Shown here one piece after another: positions 39,525-49,911 of a stretch of DNA of 54,900 nucleotides; position 1 is the stretch's first letter, and each line of letters begins with the position of its first letter. Location: positions 1 to 54,900 of the IMG/VR virus record IMGVR_UViG_3300028897_000401; one strand, written 5' to 3'. Under the pieces are notes generated by a model, which worked only from the letters and a program-made list of their open reading frames with translations, did not search any database and had not been told where the DNA came from. Both the position numbers and the translations under genes were made by a program. This DNA comes from a virus (lineage: Duplodnaviria > Caudoviricetes).

Positions 39525-40866
39525 AAAGATTTTGATTTTAAATAATTACGAGTATTTGAACTTTCTCAACGCCGATTCAAGCTATACGCTAACAAAGAGC
39601 TTTATTAACGAAGCCCTGGCTGCCGATGAACACCTTAGCATTAAATGGGTATTGCCGTCTAATAGCACCTTGTCCTGGGAGCCCGATCTCGACCATGAAC
39701 GGCTAGAGATTATCAAATGTCCTTACCTGAAAAGTAGGGATGCCAACGAAATAGTGCCACAATGGTTTGACGCCGTGAATCCTTTTTTCGGTCGACATTG
39801 CGATTATCATTTAGTGATATGTAACAATGCTGGACTAGCACTTAGAATGACAGAGCTTTTGCAGTTTATCCATAATCCGATCCCAGTAATTATATGGGAG
39901 TTTTACACAAAAACTTTAGGTAGGGGGGCTTGGTCGCAGCAAAATGTGGCAAATGTGCAGATGCACGCTTTAGCTCATGCACTTGCAGAGGTGACATGGT
40001 ATCAGAGTGAATGGGAAATGAAAAATGCTGTGAGGATGGCGCAAAAATTTCTGTCACCTAAATTGCAAGACCGAGTGATAGAGACAGGAAGGGCAGTTAC
40101 CATAGCGTGTAACACGAAAGCGTTAGATGCGATTAAGACGACTAAACCCAAAAAGCCCACCCTGTATTTTGGAGGCAGATTTACCAAATTAAAGGCTGGA
40201 GAGGTTGCTGTTCAAGTCTACGATTACCTGTATAAGCTGGGTTTTAATATAGATATAGAAATTACTGTGCCACACAAAAAGGTGCGGCGGTTGGAAACTG
40301 TGGAACTTGGTAAAGATGAACTGAGGATTCATAAAGGATTGCTGCAAAGTGAGGCGTGGGAAGTTATGAAAAGCTGTACTCATTCGATATATCCCGGCGC
40401 CCAGATAAATTCGTTACCTGGAGCTTTTTTTGAGCAAGTTTATTCTGGCTTGGTTGTTTTTGCGCAAAAGAAGAATAGCGAAATGGTATTACCATCGAAT
40501 TATCCTTACTTGTTTACGACTATTGACGAGGCGGTGTTGGGGCTGAAAAAATGCCTGGAATCTAACGAAAAAGCCGATCCGTGCTGGGCAAAAATGGCAG
40601 AGGACAAATTTGGAGTGTGCGTAAACACGCAATCGATGCTCAAAGATATTGATATGGCGAGTAAAAAATCTATGCCTAGAAAGAGCGGCAAGTATGCCAA
40701 GGAATTGAAGGAGCGCGGTTTCGATTCCTGGGCTATTTGCTATGAGTGGCTACTGCGGAATAAGCCGATAGTCAAAGCGACTAAAAGATATGTGCTTACT
40801 CAAGGGACGAGGGTCAACTTAAATGAGGTCTTCAGGGAATGGTCCCAGTTAACGACATTATCCTAA
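39517..40866 (+). CDS. GT-B fold glycosyltransferase (putative)
   Basis: LYFGGRFTKLK and PGAFFEQVYSG pattern of GT-B C-terminal domains; sugar-pathway context. Confidence 0.6.
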   Translation: MRKKILILNNYEYLNFLNADSSYTLTKSFINEALAADEHLSIKWVLPSNSTLSWEPDLDHERLEIIKCPYLKSRDANEIVPQWFDAVNPFFGRHCDYHLVICNNAGLALRMTELLQFIHNPIPVIIWEFYTKTLGRGAWSQQNVANVQMHALAHALAEVTWYQSEWEMKNAVRMAQKFLSPKLQDRVIETGRAVTIACNTKALDAIKTTKPKKPTLYFGGRFTKLKAGEVAVQVYDYLYKLGFNIDIEITVPHKKVRRLETVELGKDELRIHKGLLQSEAWEVMKSCTHSIYPGAQINSLPGAFFEQVYSGLVVFAQKKNSEMVLPSNYPYLFTTIDEAVLGLKKCLESNEKADPCWAKMAEDKFGVCVNTQSMLKDIDMASKKSMPRKSGKYAKELKERGFDSWAICYEWLLRNKPIVKATKRYVLTQGTRVNLNEVFREWSQLTTLS

Positions 40867-41951
40867 AGGAAAAAGAGCGAGAGTATGTCCTCGACTGCCT
40901 GGATCGGCACTGGATAGGTGTTGGCGGTGAAATGGTTCAGGCGTTTGAAAGTAAGTTTCCGAGCGCACTCAAGTATAGGCTCGCAGTAAACAGCGGTACG
41001 GCTGCATTGCAACTGGCGTTGTTGGGGTTGGGGGTAGGCGAGAATGACTATGTAGTTATCCCAGCGTACTCTTGCGGAGCAACGATAGCGACTGTAAAGC
41101 AAGTCGGCGCTGTTCCGCTGATTTGCGACATAGAAAAAGATACGTTGGGGATGAACTGGCTTTGGCTGAAATACGCCATAAAGAAATACGGCTCCAGAAT
41201 CAAGGCTGTGCAGCTTGTGCATGTGTACGGACAACCAGCAAAAGGGACGCTGGAGATTGTCAAGGCGTGTCGGGAAAATGACATTAAATTAATAATGGAC
41301 AGCTCGGAAGCTCACGGGGCGATGATTGGCACGCAGTTGTTGGATGGCTGGGCTGATGTTTCGGCGTACAGTTGTCGGGCGGAAAAGATGATCGGCGTTG
41401 GTGAAGGCGGGATCGTTTGCAGCAATGACAAAGACGTGATTGAGCGGTGTAAATTTTGGGCGTCGAGATGTAAGCCAAACCCGAAGGTGCCCTATTGGTA
41501 TACGGAATCCGGGTTTAATTACTTAATGACGGAAATTCCGGCTGCAATCGGCCTTGCACAAATCGAACGACTTTTCCAGAAGATTGCACACAGAAAGAAG
41601 ATTCGGGAGCGCTACAAGCAAGAACTGAAAGAGCTGTTTTGGTTTCCAGAAGTTGACGAAATTGGGTCGGCAAAGGTTCGTTCCGCTTACTGGCTTCATG
41701 CAGGATTGGCAAACAGAGATGCAGTAAAACTTGCAATGTCAGATATGGCTGCACATTTAAGAGATAGGGGTTTTGGCACAAGGCCAGCTTTTTATCCTCT
41801 GCACTGGCTGCCGATAGAACATAAGACTGTTGGCGGGATGAATGTTGCGCCAGGGGTGTTCAGCGATCTTCTAATTTTTCCGTCTGGTGAAACCATGACA
41901 GAGGAAATTGTTTATGACGTTGCGATGGCGGTTAAGGAGTTGCTTTTATGA
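40839..41951 (+). CDS. DegT/DnrJ/EryC1/StrS PLP-dependent sugar aminotransferase
   Basis: NSGTAAL, VHVYGQP, DSSEAHGA, KMIGVGEGG and GFNY motifs. Confidence 0.9.
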   Translation: MVPVNDIILKEKEREYVLDCLDRHWIGVGGEMVQAFESKFPSALKYRLAVNSGTAALQLALLGLGVGENDYVVIPAYSCGATIATVKQVGAVPLICDIEKDTLGMNWLWLKYAIKKYGSRIKAVQLVHVYGQPAKGTLEIVKACRENDIKLIMDSSEAHGAMIGTQLLDGWADVSAYSCRAEKMIGVGEGGIVCSNDKDVIERCKFWASRCKPNPKVPYWYTESGFNYLMTEIPAAIGLAQIERLFQKIAHRKKIRERYKQELKELFWFPEVDEIGSAKVRSAYWLHAGLANRDAVKLAMSDMAAHLRDRGFGTRPAFYPLHWLPIEHKTVGGMNVAPGVFSDLLIFPSGETMTEEIVYDVAMAVKELLL

Positions 41952-42334
41952 TTGGCGCTAAGGAAGTTAGTATGTCACTGAATGTGTCTACTGTCAAAGA
42001 CGGGCGTGGTGGTATTTTTACCTTCTTACCCAAAGAGCCAATAGTTGAAATAAATCTAGTGGTAATCAAAGCCGGTCATTTTAGGGGTGAGCATTACCAT
42101 AAGGAGTTTGTCGAATATTTCTTGATAGTGTCGGGTTTGGGACTCTATGTGACAAAGGACGAAAAGGGTAATCGTGTTCAGAAAGTGGTTTCCGGTGGCG
42201 AGATGTTTCGTGTCGAGAAGGGAACACCCCATGTCGTCTATGCTATTGAAAATATGAGGTGTATCTCTGCATTGTCGAAAAAATGGGATGATTGTGACGA
42301 ACCGATTACTTACACAGGGGAGGAAGATATTTGA
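41948..42334 (+). CDS. cupin sugar isomerase/epimerase (WxcM/FdtA-like)
   Basis: DGRG, RGEHYH..E and PH cupin motifs. Confidence 0.75.
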   Translation: MIGAKEVSMSLNVSTVKDGRGGIFTFLPKEPIVEINLVVIKAGHFRGEHYHKEFVEYFLIVSGLGLYVTKDEKGNRVQKVVSGGEMFRVEKGTPHVVYAIENMRCISALSKKWDDCDEPITYTGEEDI

Positions 42335-43161
42335 TACGAATAGAGGCTGTGGGTAAGTCGAAAGTGTTTGAGACACGGTTTAAGCCTGCCGCCTTAGAAT
42401 CGAAAGAATTTGTAATCTGTGGGGCAGACTCGCAAGCGGTTTATATTTCAACGCCACCCAGCACGCATGCCGCTTTTGTTATGAAAGCCCTAAAGAGTGG
42501 TAAGCACGTATTGTGTGAAAAGCCCGCTTTTTTGGACGAGGCTTCGGCCAGGGCGGCAGTAAGGCTTGCAGATGAACGCGAGCTAGTTTTAATTGAAAGT
42601 TGGCCGTACACCTTTCACGACCAATGGCGATGGCTTAAGGAGAAAATCCAGAACAAGTTTTTTTATTGTGACGTAGCGTTTGGGGTGCCGATTATTCCAG
42701 TTGGGTGGAGAGAGGTGCCGCGAGAACTTGGAGCGATTGGAGATTTTGCTGTATATGCAATTTCGGTTGCCCTGGAAATGGGCGACCTGCCTGTCGAGAC
42801 TGTTGTCGTCGAAGGCCAATCTCGTAATGGAGTACCCTTTTATCTGGCTGGGACAATTACCACGGCGAAGCAATCCATCGTTTCTTTTCGGGTTGGTTAT
42901 GGTTTGCAGTTTGTTAGTCGATTGCTTGTTTGGGGAACCGATTTTGAAATCGAACTAGAGAAGGCTTTTAATCCAAGAGCAGAAGAAGTTGTTAGGGTGA
43001 GAGAAAGCGTGAATTACTTAACGACGTACCGGAGCTTCCAAAATGACCATTGGTGTCGAATGCTCTCAAAGTTTAGGCGGATGGTGGTAGAGCGTCAAAC
43101 CAAAGACAACTACAAGGTGATTGAACAGGCTAAAGTGTTAGAAAAATTGAAAAAAAAATGA
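42331..43161 (+). CDS. Gfo/Idh/MocA-family oxidoreductase
   Basis: AVYISTPPSTH, GKHVLCEKP and GAIGDFAVY motifs. Confidence 0.85.
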   Translation: MIRIEAVGKSKVFETRFKPAALESKEFVICGADSQAVYISTPPSTHAAFVMKALKSGKHVLCEKPAFLDEASARAAVRLADERELVLIESWPYTFHDQWRWLKEKIQNKFFYCDVAFGVPIIPVGWREVPRELGAIGDFAVYAISVALEMGDLPVETVVVEGQSRNGVPFYLAGTITTAKQSIVSFRVGYGLQFVSRLLVWGTDFEIELEKAFNPRAEEVVRVRESVNYLTTYRSFQNDHWCRMLSKFRRMVVERQTKDNYKVIEQAKVLEKLKKK

Positions 43162-43448
43162 AAAAAATCTAGTTTACTTTTACTAAACTTTTAGTTTAAC
43201 GAGTGTATAGGGGCGATTTTAAAGCCCTTTTTTTGTTTTTTGGGTGGCTTATTGATAAGGATCGACAACAAGCGAGACAAAACGAGTTTTTAGAGAGGCA
43301 TTTTGGCTAAACGCCCTATTCATAAGTATCTACAGGATGACGTATAGCCACGCTATTGAGCGAAAAAGAATCGACCCTTACCTTACTATTCGGGCTTTTT
43401 AGGGCTTTATTGCTAAGTAGTCGCAATAACAAGGAAAAACGAAGATTT

Positions 43449-43464
43449 AGGCATACTTTTTGCT
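43449..43464 (+). promoter_or_regulatory. sigma54 (-24/-12) promoter for the packaging/late operon
   Basis: AGGCATACTTTTTGCT with GG-N10-GC spacing, intergenic, upstream of ParB/terminase. Confidence 0.6.
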
Positions 43465-43582
43465 ATGCGCAGTGGCCCCTACAAAATAGAGGAAGAAATC
43501 GAGTTTAGAGATTGCGCCAAATGCGGCGAAAAATACGGTCGAGTTATATGGAGCGCAGAAAAACTTTGCTACAGGTGTTGGG

Positions 43583-44317
43583 ATGAAACCAGAAGAGAAA
43601 GTCAGTCCTGAAACATGGATTGAGTTGGAGAAGATTCACCCGAACGAATGGAACCCAAACGAGCAAGACGAGGTTACGTTCAATCAGTTGGTGAAAACGA
43701 TTTCGGAGGAAGGGTTTGACCAGCCGATCGTTGTTCACCAGAGGGGCGAGGACGATTACGTCATTATCAAGGGTGAGCACAGGTGGAGAGTTGCGCGGGT
43801 ACTTGGTTACGACAAGGTGCCCTGTAAAATCCGACATGATTGGGACGAGGCCGAGCAGAAACTTCAAACCGTGAGAGACAACATGCTGCGGGGCGAAGTG
43901 AACCGAGCCAAGTTTACCAAATTGGTCAACGAGATTCAGAAAAAGTACGGACTTGACCATGAGGCCCAGGCGGGATTGATGGGCTTTAAAGATATGGAGG
44001 AATTTTACAAAAACTACCTCATAGAGAAGGAGCGACGCAGCAAGGAACTCTTGGACGACCTGGCGGCAGTGAAGGACGAGCTGCGAACCCTGGACAACCT
44101 GTCAACCGTGATACGGGAGATTTTTACCAACCACCGCGAAGAGGTTGAGCTGAACTTTGCATATTTCATGTTCGGCAGGAAAAAGGTGTTAATGGTTGAG
44201 ATGGACAAAGACCTCAAAGACCAAATCGAACGCGTGGTTGATTTTAGCAAAGGAAGGAAGGTGAACATCAACCTCGTCCTGTCGAGAGTCATAGCAGACG
44301 GGATGAAGGGGATGTGA
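43583..44317 (+). CDS. ParB/Srx N-terminal domain protein
   Basis: PNEWNPN, GFDQPIVV and IIKGEHRWRV motifs. Confidence 0.85.
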   Translation: MKPEEKVSPETWIELEKIHPNEWNPNEQDEVTFNQLVKTISEEGFDQPIVVHQRGEDDYVIIKGEHRWRVARVLGYDKVPCKIRHDWDEAEQKLQTVRDNMLRGEVNRAKFTKLVNEIQKKYGLDHEAQAGLMGFKDMEEFYKNYLIEKERRSKELLDDLAAVKDELRTLDNLSTVIREIFTNHREEVELNFAYFMFGRKKVLMVEMDKDLKDQIERVVDFSKGRKVNINLVLSRVIADGMKGM

Positions 44318-44318
44318 C

Positions 44319-44789
44319 ATGAGCGACGACAATAAATCCAAAAAACAAACCTGGAGAACCACAAGAGAGGAAAGAGAGGAACGAAGACAGAAGGTATTTG
44401 AGCTGAGAACACGGCGGCTTTCCCTGAGAGCTATTGCCAACGTACTTGGTGTGAGTGTCGGTACGGTGCGCGATGACCTTGAAAAAATCAAGGCGCTGCA
44501 CAGAAAGGCTATTGAAAAATACGATGTATGTGCAGAATTGGGAAAAGCTATTGAACAGCTAGACATTGTAGCCTCTGAAGCACTAGGAGATGCTGCGGCT
44601 GCGGAAACCGGTTCTCAGGCAAAAGTGAGTGCGCTAAACACCGCACTTCGTGCCTACGACCAAAAGCATAGACTGCTTGTTGACGTGGATTTACTGAAGA
44701 ATCCGGATATAGCCGAAAGAGACAAGCCTATGAAGATCGACATTACCATCCGGCATCCAGACGAGACAGATGAAGAGTGGGAGAGCTAG
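44319..44789 (+). CDS. terS: terminase small subunit (HTH)
   Basis: HTH SLRAIANVLGVSVGTVRDDL; directly upstream of TerL. Confidence 0.65.
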   Translation: MSDDNKSKKQTWRTTREEREERRQKVFELRTRRLSLRAIANVLGVSVGTVRDDLEKIKALHRKAIEKYDVCAELGKAIEQLDIVASEALGDAAAAETGSQAKVSALNTALRAYDQKHRLLVDVDLLKNPDIAERDKPMKIDITIRHPDETDEEWES

Positions 44790-44803
44790 GCGGCTGATGA
44801 ACA

Positions 44804-46240
44804 ATGGCAAACGACACAATGAAGCTGTTCGACGACTACTGGCCGCATCCCCATCAGTACCGTGTGCATACGTGTGGAAAGCGATTCGTCTACGTCATGG
44901 CCGGAAGGCGTGGCGGTAAAACCAAGTGTGGGGCACGAGAATTTCTCAGGCGCATTTTTAAGAAATACCGCAAGATAGCGCATCTGCCGTACAAAGCCAA
45001 ATACGAGATCGCCGGTGGTGCGCCGCGAATAAAACCACGCTTACATTACTGGGCAGTCGCTCCGGATTACAGTCTATCAAAGGTGCAACAAAGGGAGCTT
45101 TTTGACGTCTTGCCCCCTGAGCAGATAGCCAAGTGGAAAGCCTCAGACAAAGAGTTGTGGTTAAAGGGCGACATTCTGATTGAGTTTAAAAGTGCGCAGA
45201 ATCCTGACTCGCTGGTCGCGGTTGGCTTGAATGGAATGTGGGTTGACGAGGTGGCGCGGCTGAGGCCGACGGCATGGAGCGGCAATCTAAGGCCGTGCCT
45301 TTCCGATACGGGTGGCTGGGCCATATTTACAACAACACCACTTGGAAAGAACTGGAGCTACGAAGAGATTTATCGGCTGGGAAACCCGAAAGATGCGTTA
45401 TACGAGCCGGAGTATGCCAATATCACCTGGAGAACAGTCGACAATATACGGGTTCCACTTCTTGCTGATGAAGTTGAAAAAGCCAAAAAGACGATGCCGC
45501 TCAAATATTTCATGCGTGAGTATGAGGCGTCGCTAGAGATATTTGCCGGGCAAGTTTATGACAACTGGGAGCCTTACGTTCATAAGGTAGGCGAAAACAA
45601 CAAGCATGGCATCGTGCGGCCACCTAGGCGGTTTGATAGGTTGATTTGCGGTGTCGATTGGGGATACGCAAACCCCGGCTGTCTTATTTTGTTTGGCGTC
45701 AAAGACACGAAACTGAGGGATATAGGTGGAAACAGAATCCCGAAGTTTTGGGCGCTGAGAGAGATTTACAAAAAACGGCTTCCGGTGGTCAGTCCCGATC
45801 CCGACGCTGATAGTTGGGTGAAGGAAGCAAAAAATCTTAACGCCTATTGCATGAGAAAGTACGGAAAAGCCGTAGAGGCTTTCTATTGCGACCCCAGCGA
45901 GCCAGCATACATAGACTATTTTCTTGAAGCGGACTTACCGGCGCAACCCGCGAACAATGCCGTCGGGCCGGGCATACAAACCGTATCGACGCTGATGGAG
46001 CCATACAGTGCCACGGGTACACCGTGGCTTTTTTATGTTGAGGATTCAAACGACGACTATTACGGTTGCGAGAACCTCATAGAACAGAAGGGCTCGTACA
46101 GGTTTAAGGAAGACAAGGAAGAGCCGGTTAAAGAAAACGACCACGCCGTCGATGCAGAGAGATATGCTCTGCATACCTATGTGGAAGAGTATGGCATCGA
46201 AATCAGAGTCATTGATATTCCGCGCAAGCAAGCGGCCTGA
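44804..46240 (+). CDS. terL: terminase large subunit
   Basis: AGRRGGKT Walker A, WVDE Walker B, TTP, GVDWG and C-terminal DHAVDAERY nuclease motifs. Confidence 0.95.
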   Translation: MANDTMKLFDDYWPHPHQYRVHTCGKRFVYVMAGRRGGKTKCGAREFLRRIFKKYRKIAHLPYKAKYEIAGGAPRIKPRLHYWAVAPDYSLSKVQQRELFDVLPPEQIAKWKASDKELWLKGDILIEFKSAQNPDSLVAVGLNGMWVDEVARLRPTAWSGNLRPCLSDTGGWAIFTTTPLGKNWSYEEIYRLGNPKDALYEPEYANITWRTVDNIRVPLLADEVEKAKKTMPLKYFMREYEASLEIFAGQVYDNWEPYVHKVGENNKHGIVRPPRRFDRLICGVDWGYANPGCLILFGVKDTKLRDIGGNRIPKFWALREIYKKRLPVVSPDPDADSWVKEAKNLNAYCMRKYGKAVEAFYCDPSEPAYIDYFLEADLPAQPANNAVGPGIQTVSTLMEPYSATGTPWLFYVEDSNDDYYGCENLIEQKGSYRFKEDKEEPVKENDHAVDAERYALHTYVEEYGIEIRVIDIPRKQAA

Positions 46241-46552
46241 AAACTGGGTACTGCGAATACCGTGTGAAAAATGCGGATTGTACGCATACGTACAGGGCGA
46301 GAGGTATATCTGTAAGCCCCAGTACAAACTGTGTGACCAATCATGGACGCTAAGCTGTAAATGCGGCGGCGAACTAGGAAAGGTGCGATCACCAAGTCAA
46401 CCGAGAATTTTGTGGGTATGTGAGGGGAAAACATGTGGTGGCAAGAAATAATCGTATTTGTGACAAAAGTAGCTGTCATAGTCGCAGCTATTGAAATTTT
46501 AATGTGGCGATTTTTTGGAGAGCCAAAAGCTGACTCCGAGAAGGAATAAAAC

Positions 46553-49468
46553 ATGGGTCATTTTCATAAAGTGTTGAATCTGATTGAACGCAAGAGTTGG
46601 GACCGGGTGTTTCTGCGCAGCAGAGAGTTGGAAATGTTGGGCAAAGACGTGCGGAATCCATACAAAGAAAGTGATATTTATCACTCTTGCATCAAATATA
46701 CGGCGAGGGCTTTGTCGCAACTTCCCTGGAGAATTATAGAGGTACGGGGTCAAGGCGAGAATGTAGAGGAAATCAATATAGAAGACGAAAATCACGAGGC
46801 CCGAAAGCTGTTTCGACAACCGAACGAAACCATGAGCCGCTATGATTTTTGGGAAGCCCTCTACACGTACTATCTCGACCAGGGAGAGAGTTTTGTGGTG
46901 CCGTGGCCCCCATTGACTATGGCGAAAGGGAGGTGGCCAGAAGAGTTGTTTGTTATCCATCCGCAATACATGGAGCACGTACTTCATCCGCAGACAAAGC
47001 GGCTAATTGGATGGAACTACAAGCCCGGCGGAAGAGAGGTTATTAGGTTAGACGTAAAAGAGGTTTTGCACTGGCGAAATTTCAATCCATACGATCCCTA
47101 TCGCGGGTTGAGGCCGATTGACATTATTCGCATAGCTGTTGACTCCGACCACAAGGCGGCGAAGTATAACGAGACATTCTTTGAACATGGAGCCATAGTT
47201 TCCGGAGTTATAGAAACCAAGAACAAATTCACCAAAGAACAGGAAGAGAGGTTTAAGGCCCAACTGGAGCAGCGCCACATGGGCTATTTGCGCTCTCATA
47301 AATGGCTGATTCTCGACAAGGGAGCCGAGTACAAAGAGGCCGGTCTAACACAGAGGGACATGGAGTGGATTGAGGGAAGAAGGATTTCTGCCGAAAGAAT
47401 TATGCAGATGTTTGGCATGAAAAAAGCCGTTCTGTCGGTAACCGACGACCTTAATTACGCCATAGCCAAGGAGCAGAAAAAATCGTGGTGGACCGACACT
47501 TTGTCGCCGCTGGCCCGGATGGTACAGGATCAATTCCGGCTGAAGTTTTGGTCTGCGATGCCACAGGAAAACCTGAAAGCGTATTTTGACCTTACGGTGG
47601 TTGACGAGTTGCAGGAGGATTTCAACGAAAAGGTCGAGGCAGGATACAAGCTGTGGCAAATGGGCTTTACGGCAAACGAGGTCAACGAAAGGATGGCGCT
47701 GGGATTCGAAGAGAAAACCTGGCGCGACGCGTGGTGGGCTCCGTCCACCGTAATGCCGATTGGTGAAACCGCACAGGAAATACCACAGATGCTCCCGCCG
47801 CCGCCTGAACCCGAACCAGAAGAAGAGGAAGAAGAGGAAGAAGAGGAAGAAGAGGAAAAGATCACACGCAAGCACGCTGGTTTAATCGAATCCAAGAAAA
47901 AATGGCTGTGGTGGAGTGATTCGCTAAAAGAAAAGGTGTGGCTCAAGTTTGTTGCGAAAACAGAACCGCTGGAGAAAAAGTTTGAAAAGAAAACCCAGCG
48001 ACTGTTTTTTGAGATGCGCAAGAAAGCACTAGCCGCACTCAAGGAGCCAGAAAAACATGCCAAGGGGATCGACGAACTAAGCAACCTCACATGGGAAGAG
48101 GAAAAGAAAAATGTAACTCAGTATTCGATGCCGCTTTATAGTGAGGCCATGGAAACGGGTTTTGCGTTTATGGGCGAGCTTATAGGGGTAGACGACTTGA
48201 GCTGGGAGATAACCTATCCGCAAGCTATGGAATTTGTGGCACAGAAGTCTTTAAAGATCAAGGGCATAGTGGATACGGTTGACAAGCAAATAAAAGGTGT
48301 TGTGCGGGACTCCATCGAAAACGGCTGGAGCATAGACAAGACGGCTGATGAATTGAAAACTCTTTTCAACTTTGCCAACAAACGTGCAAACGTGATCGCC
48401 CGAACCGAGGTTATTGGTGCGGTTAATGCCGGTGAGCACATAGCGATGAAAGAAGCCGGAATCGAGTATCGAATGTGGCTTACCGCACGCGATGAAAGGG
48501 TGCGAGATAGCCACCGGGCAGCCGATGGTCAAATAAAACAAATAGACGAGCGGTTTAATGTTGGCGGATATAAGCTGATGTACCCCGGTGATCCGGGTGG
48601 TCCGGCCAGCGAGATTATCCAATGCAGATGTATTCCGCTTCCGGTGGAAAAGCCTGTGGATGAGGAAGAGGTCGAGAGTACCGTTATTCCTAATACTCCT
48701 GCGCAGTATGCGATCTCTACTAAAAAACGGCAAAAAGAAAAAATGACTTTGAGAGCGGAAAAACGTGGCATGACCCTAAATGAATACAGGACTGCTTGCG
48801 ATAGACACATCAAAGACCTTGTTAATAACTCGTCAGTATGGATGCGACGCTCGGAAATGAGTATTCATAAAATACTTGAAGATGGACGATTCAAAACGCA
48901 GTTTGAAGTTAAGAGGTCTGGTGGTTTACTCGATAATGGCATTAGGGAGACATTTGAGAAAGATGTGCTTGGAATACCTAGAAATATAGATGTTAAAAAA
49001 CGTCCTGTGTACGGATACTTATCAGCCGATCCGAATGGTATGGTACTTGAAGAAGTTAAAAGACATTTACGAATAACGCAATATGGCGAAGTTGCTATTA
49101 AATTCAAGGATTCCGTGAAAAGTAGAGCCAGCTTTGTTATGGGTGACACGCTTGCCGAAACTGGATGTGGGAACAACGCTGTTTTTCGACCGATGCCAGT
49201 AAGAAAACCTGGATTTGAAGCAGGGTATTATGAGGGAAAATTTGAGCCGCTGGAATATGTAAGCATTGATAAAGTTAAAAGTAAAGCTGGTATTGTCCAG
49301 AATGCGCATAATTATTGGGAAACCCAGATATTTAACGGTCTTACTCCGGATGATATAGAGGAAATCGTTTTCCATTGGAAGCCAGGACCGCAACTCCAAG
49401 AGAAACTGAATAGGCTTGGTATTAAATGGCGTCATCTTGAAAAAGAGATTTATGGGAGAACGCAATGA
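46553..49468 (+). CDS. portal protein fused to MuF minor-head domain and C-terminal DUF3626-like domain
   Basis: HK97-like portal motifs (VLHWR, RGL.P, FFEHGA, TANEV), Pro/Glu linker, MuF motifs (RANVIARTE, WLTARDERVR.SH, IQCRC), then RFKTQFE...RPVYGYL...QYG...YWETQI. Confidence 0.85.
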   Translation: MGHFHKVLNLIERKSWDRVFLRSRELEMLGKDVRNPYKESDIYHSCIKYTARALSQLPWRIIEVRGQGENVEEINIEDENHEARKLFRQPNETMSRYDFWEALYTYYLDQGESFVVPWPPLTMAKGRWPEELFVIHPQYMEHVLHPQTKRLIGWNYKPGGREVIRLDVKEVLHWRNFNPYDPYRGLRPIDIIRIAVDSDHKAAKYNETFFEHGAIVSGVIETKNKFTKEQEERFKAQLEQRHMGYLRSHKWLILDKGAEYKEAGLTQRDMEWIEGRRISAERIMQMFGMKKAVLSVTDDLNYAIAKEQKKSWWTDTLSPLARMVQDQFRLKFWSAMPQENLKAYFDLTVVDELQEDFNEKVEAGYKLWQMGFTANEVNERMALGFEEKTWRDAWWAPSTVMPIGETAQEIPQMLPPPPEPEPEEEEEEEEEEEEEKITRKHAGLIESKKKWLWWSDSLKEKVWLKFVAKTEPLEKKFEKKTQRLFFEMRKKALAALKEPEKHAKGIDELSNLTWEEEKKNVTQYSMPLYSEAMETGFAFMGELIGVDDLSWEITYPQAMEFVAQKSLKIKGIVDTVDKQIKGVVRDSIENGWSIDKTADELKTLFNFANKRANVIARTEVIGAVNAGEHIAMKEAGIEYRMWLTARDERVRDSHRAADGQIKQIDERFNVGGYKLMYPGDPGGPASEIIQCRCIPLPVEKPVDEEEVESTVIPNTPAQYAISTKKRQKEKMTLRAEKRGMTLNEYRTACDRHIKDLVNNSSVWMRRSEMSIHKILEDGRFKTQFEVKRSGGLLDNGIRETFEKDVLGIPRNIDVKKRPVYGYLSADPNGMVLEEVKRHLRITQYGEVAIKFKDSVKSRASFVMGDTLAETGCGNNAVFRPMPVRKPGFEAGYYEGKFEPLEYVSIDKVKSKAGIVQNAHNYWETQIFNGLTPDDIEEIVFHWKPGPQLQEKLNRLGIKWRHLEKEIYGRTQ

Positions 49469-49911
49469 AGATTATTGCAAGAGTAGCCGGAACACAGATG
49501 TACCTCGTGTCTTTAAGTGGTCAGTTGACGAAGAATACTGAAGGATTCATTGCCGATATAAACCGTGGCATGCGATACCAGATTGAAAATCTGCAAAGTC
49601 TTCTCGCCAGAGGTTACTGGGAGCCGGAAGATCACGATGACGATAAGCTGAAAGAACTCATGGCACTTGAGGAATTTCAACCAGATGAGGAAGAAGAGTC
49701 GAGATCGGGTGAAGGTGATTTTGTCGAAGCCATACGGCAACTCGGCGACCGGCTGGAGCAGTCTTTGGTAAACCGGCCACAACTGATCCACGTCGAAATG
49801 CCAAGACCGCGAAAGCAAGTCAAGCGGGTGATACGGGATGAATCGGGGCAAATTCTGGCAATAGAAGAGGGGGAAATAGACAATGAGGATAATGGTCAGT
49901 TGTCCGAGTAA
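49465..49911 (+). CDS. small protein coupled to the portal fusion (candidate immunity protein)
   Basis: ATGA overlap with the toxin-like C-terminus. Confidence 0.5.
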   Translation: MKIIARVAGTQMYLVSLSGQLTKNTEGFIADINRGMRYQIENLQSLLARGYWEPEDHDDDKLKELMALEEFQPDEEEESRSGEGDFVEAIRQLGDRLEQSLVNRPQLIHVEMPRPRKQVKRVIRDESGQILAIEEGEIDNEDNGQLSE

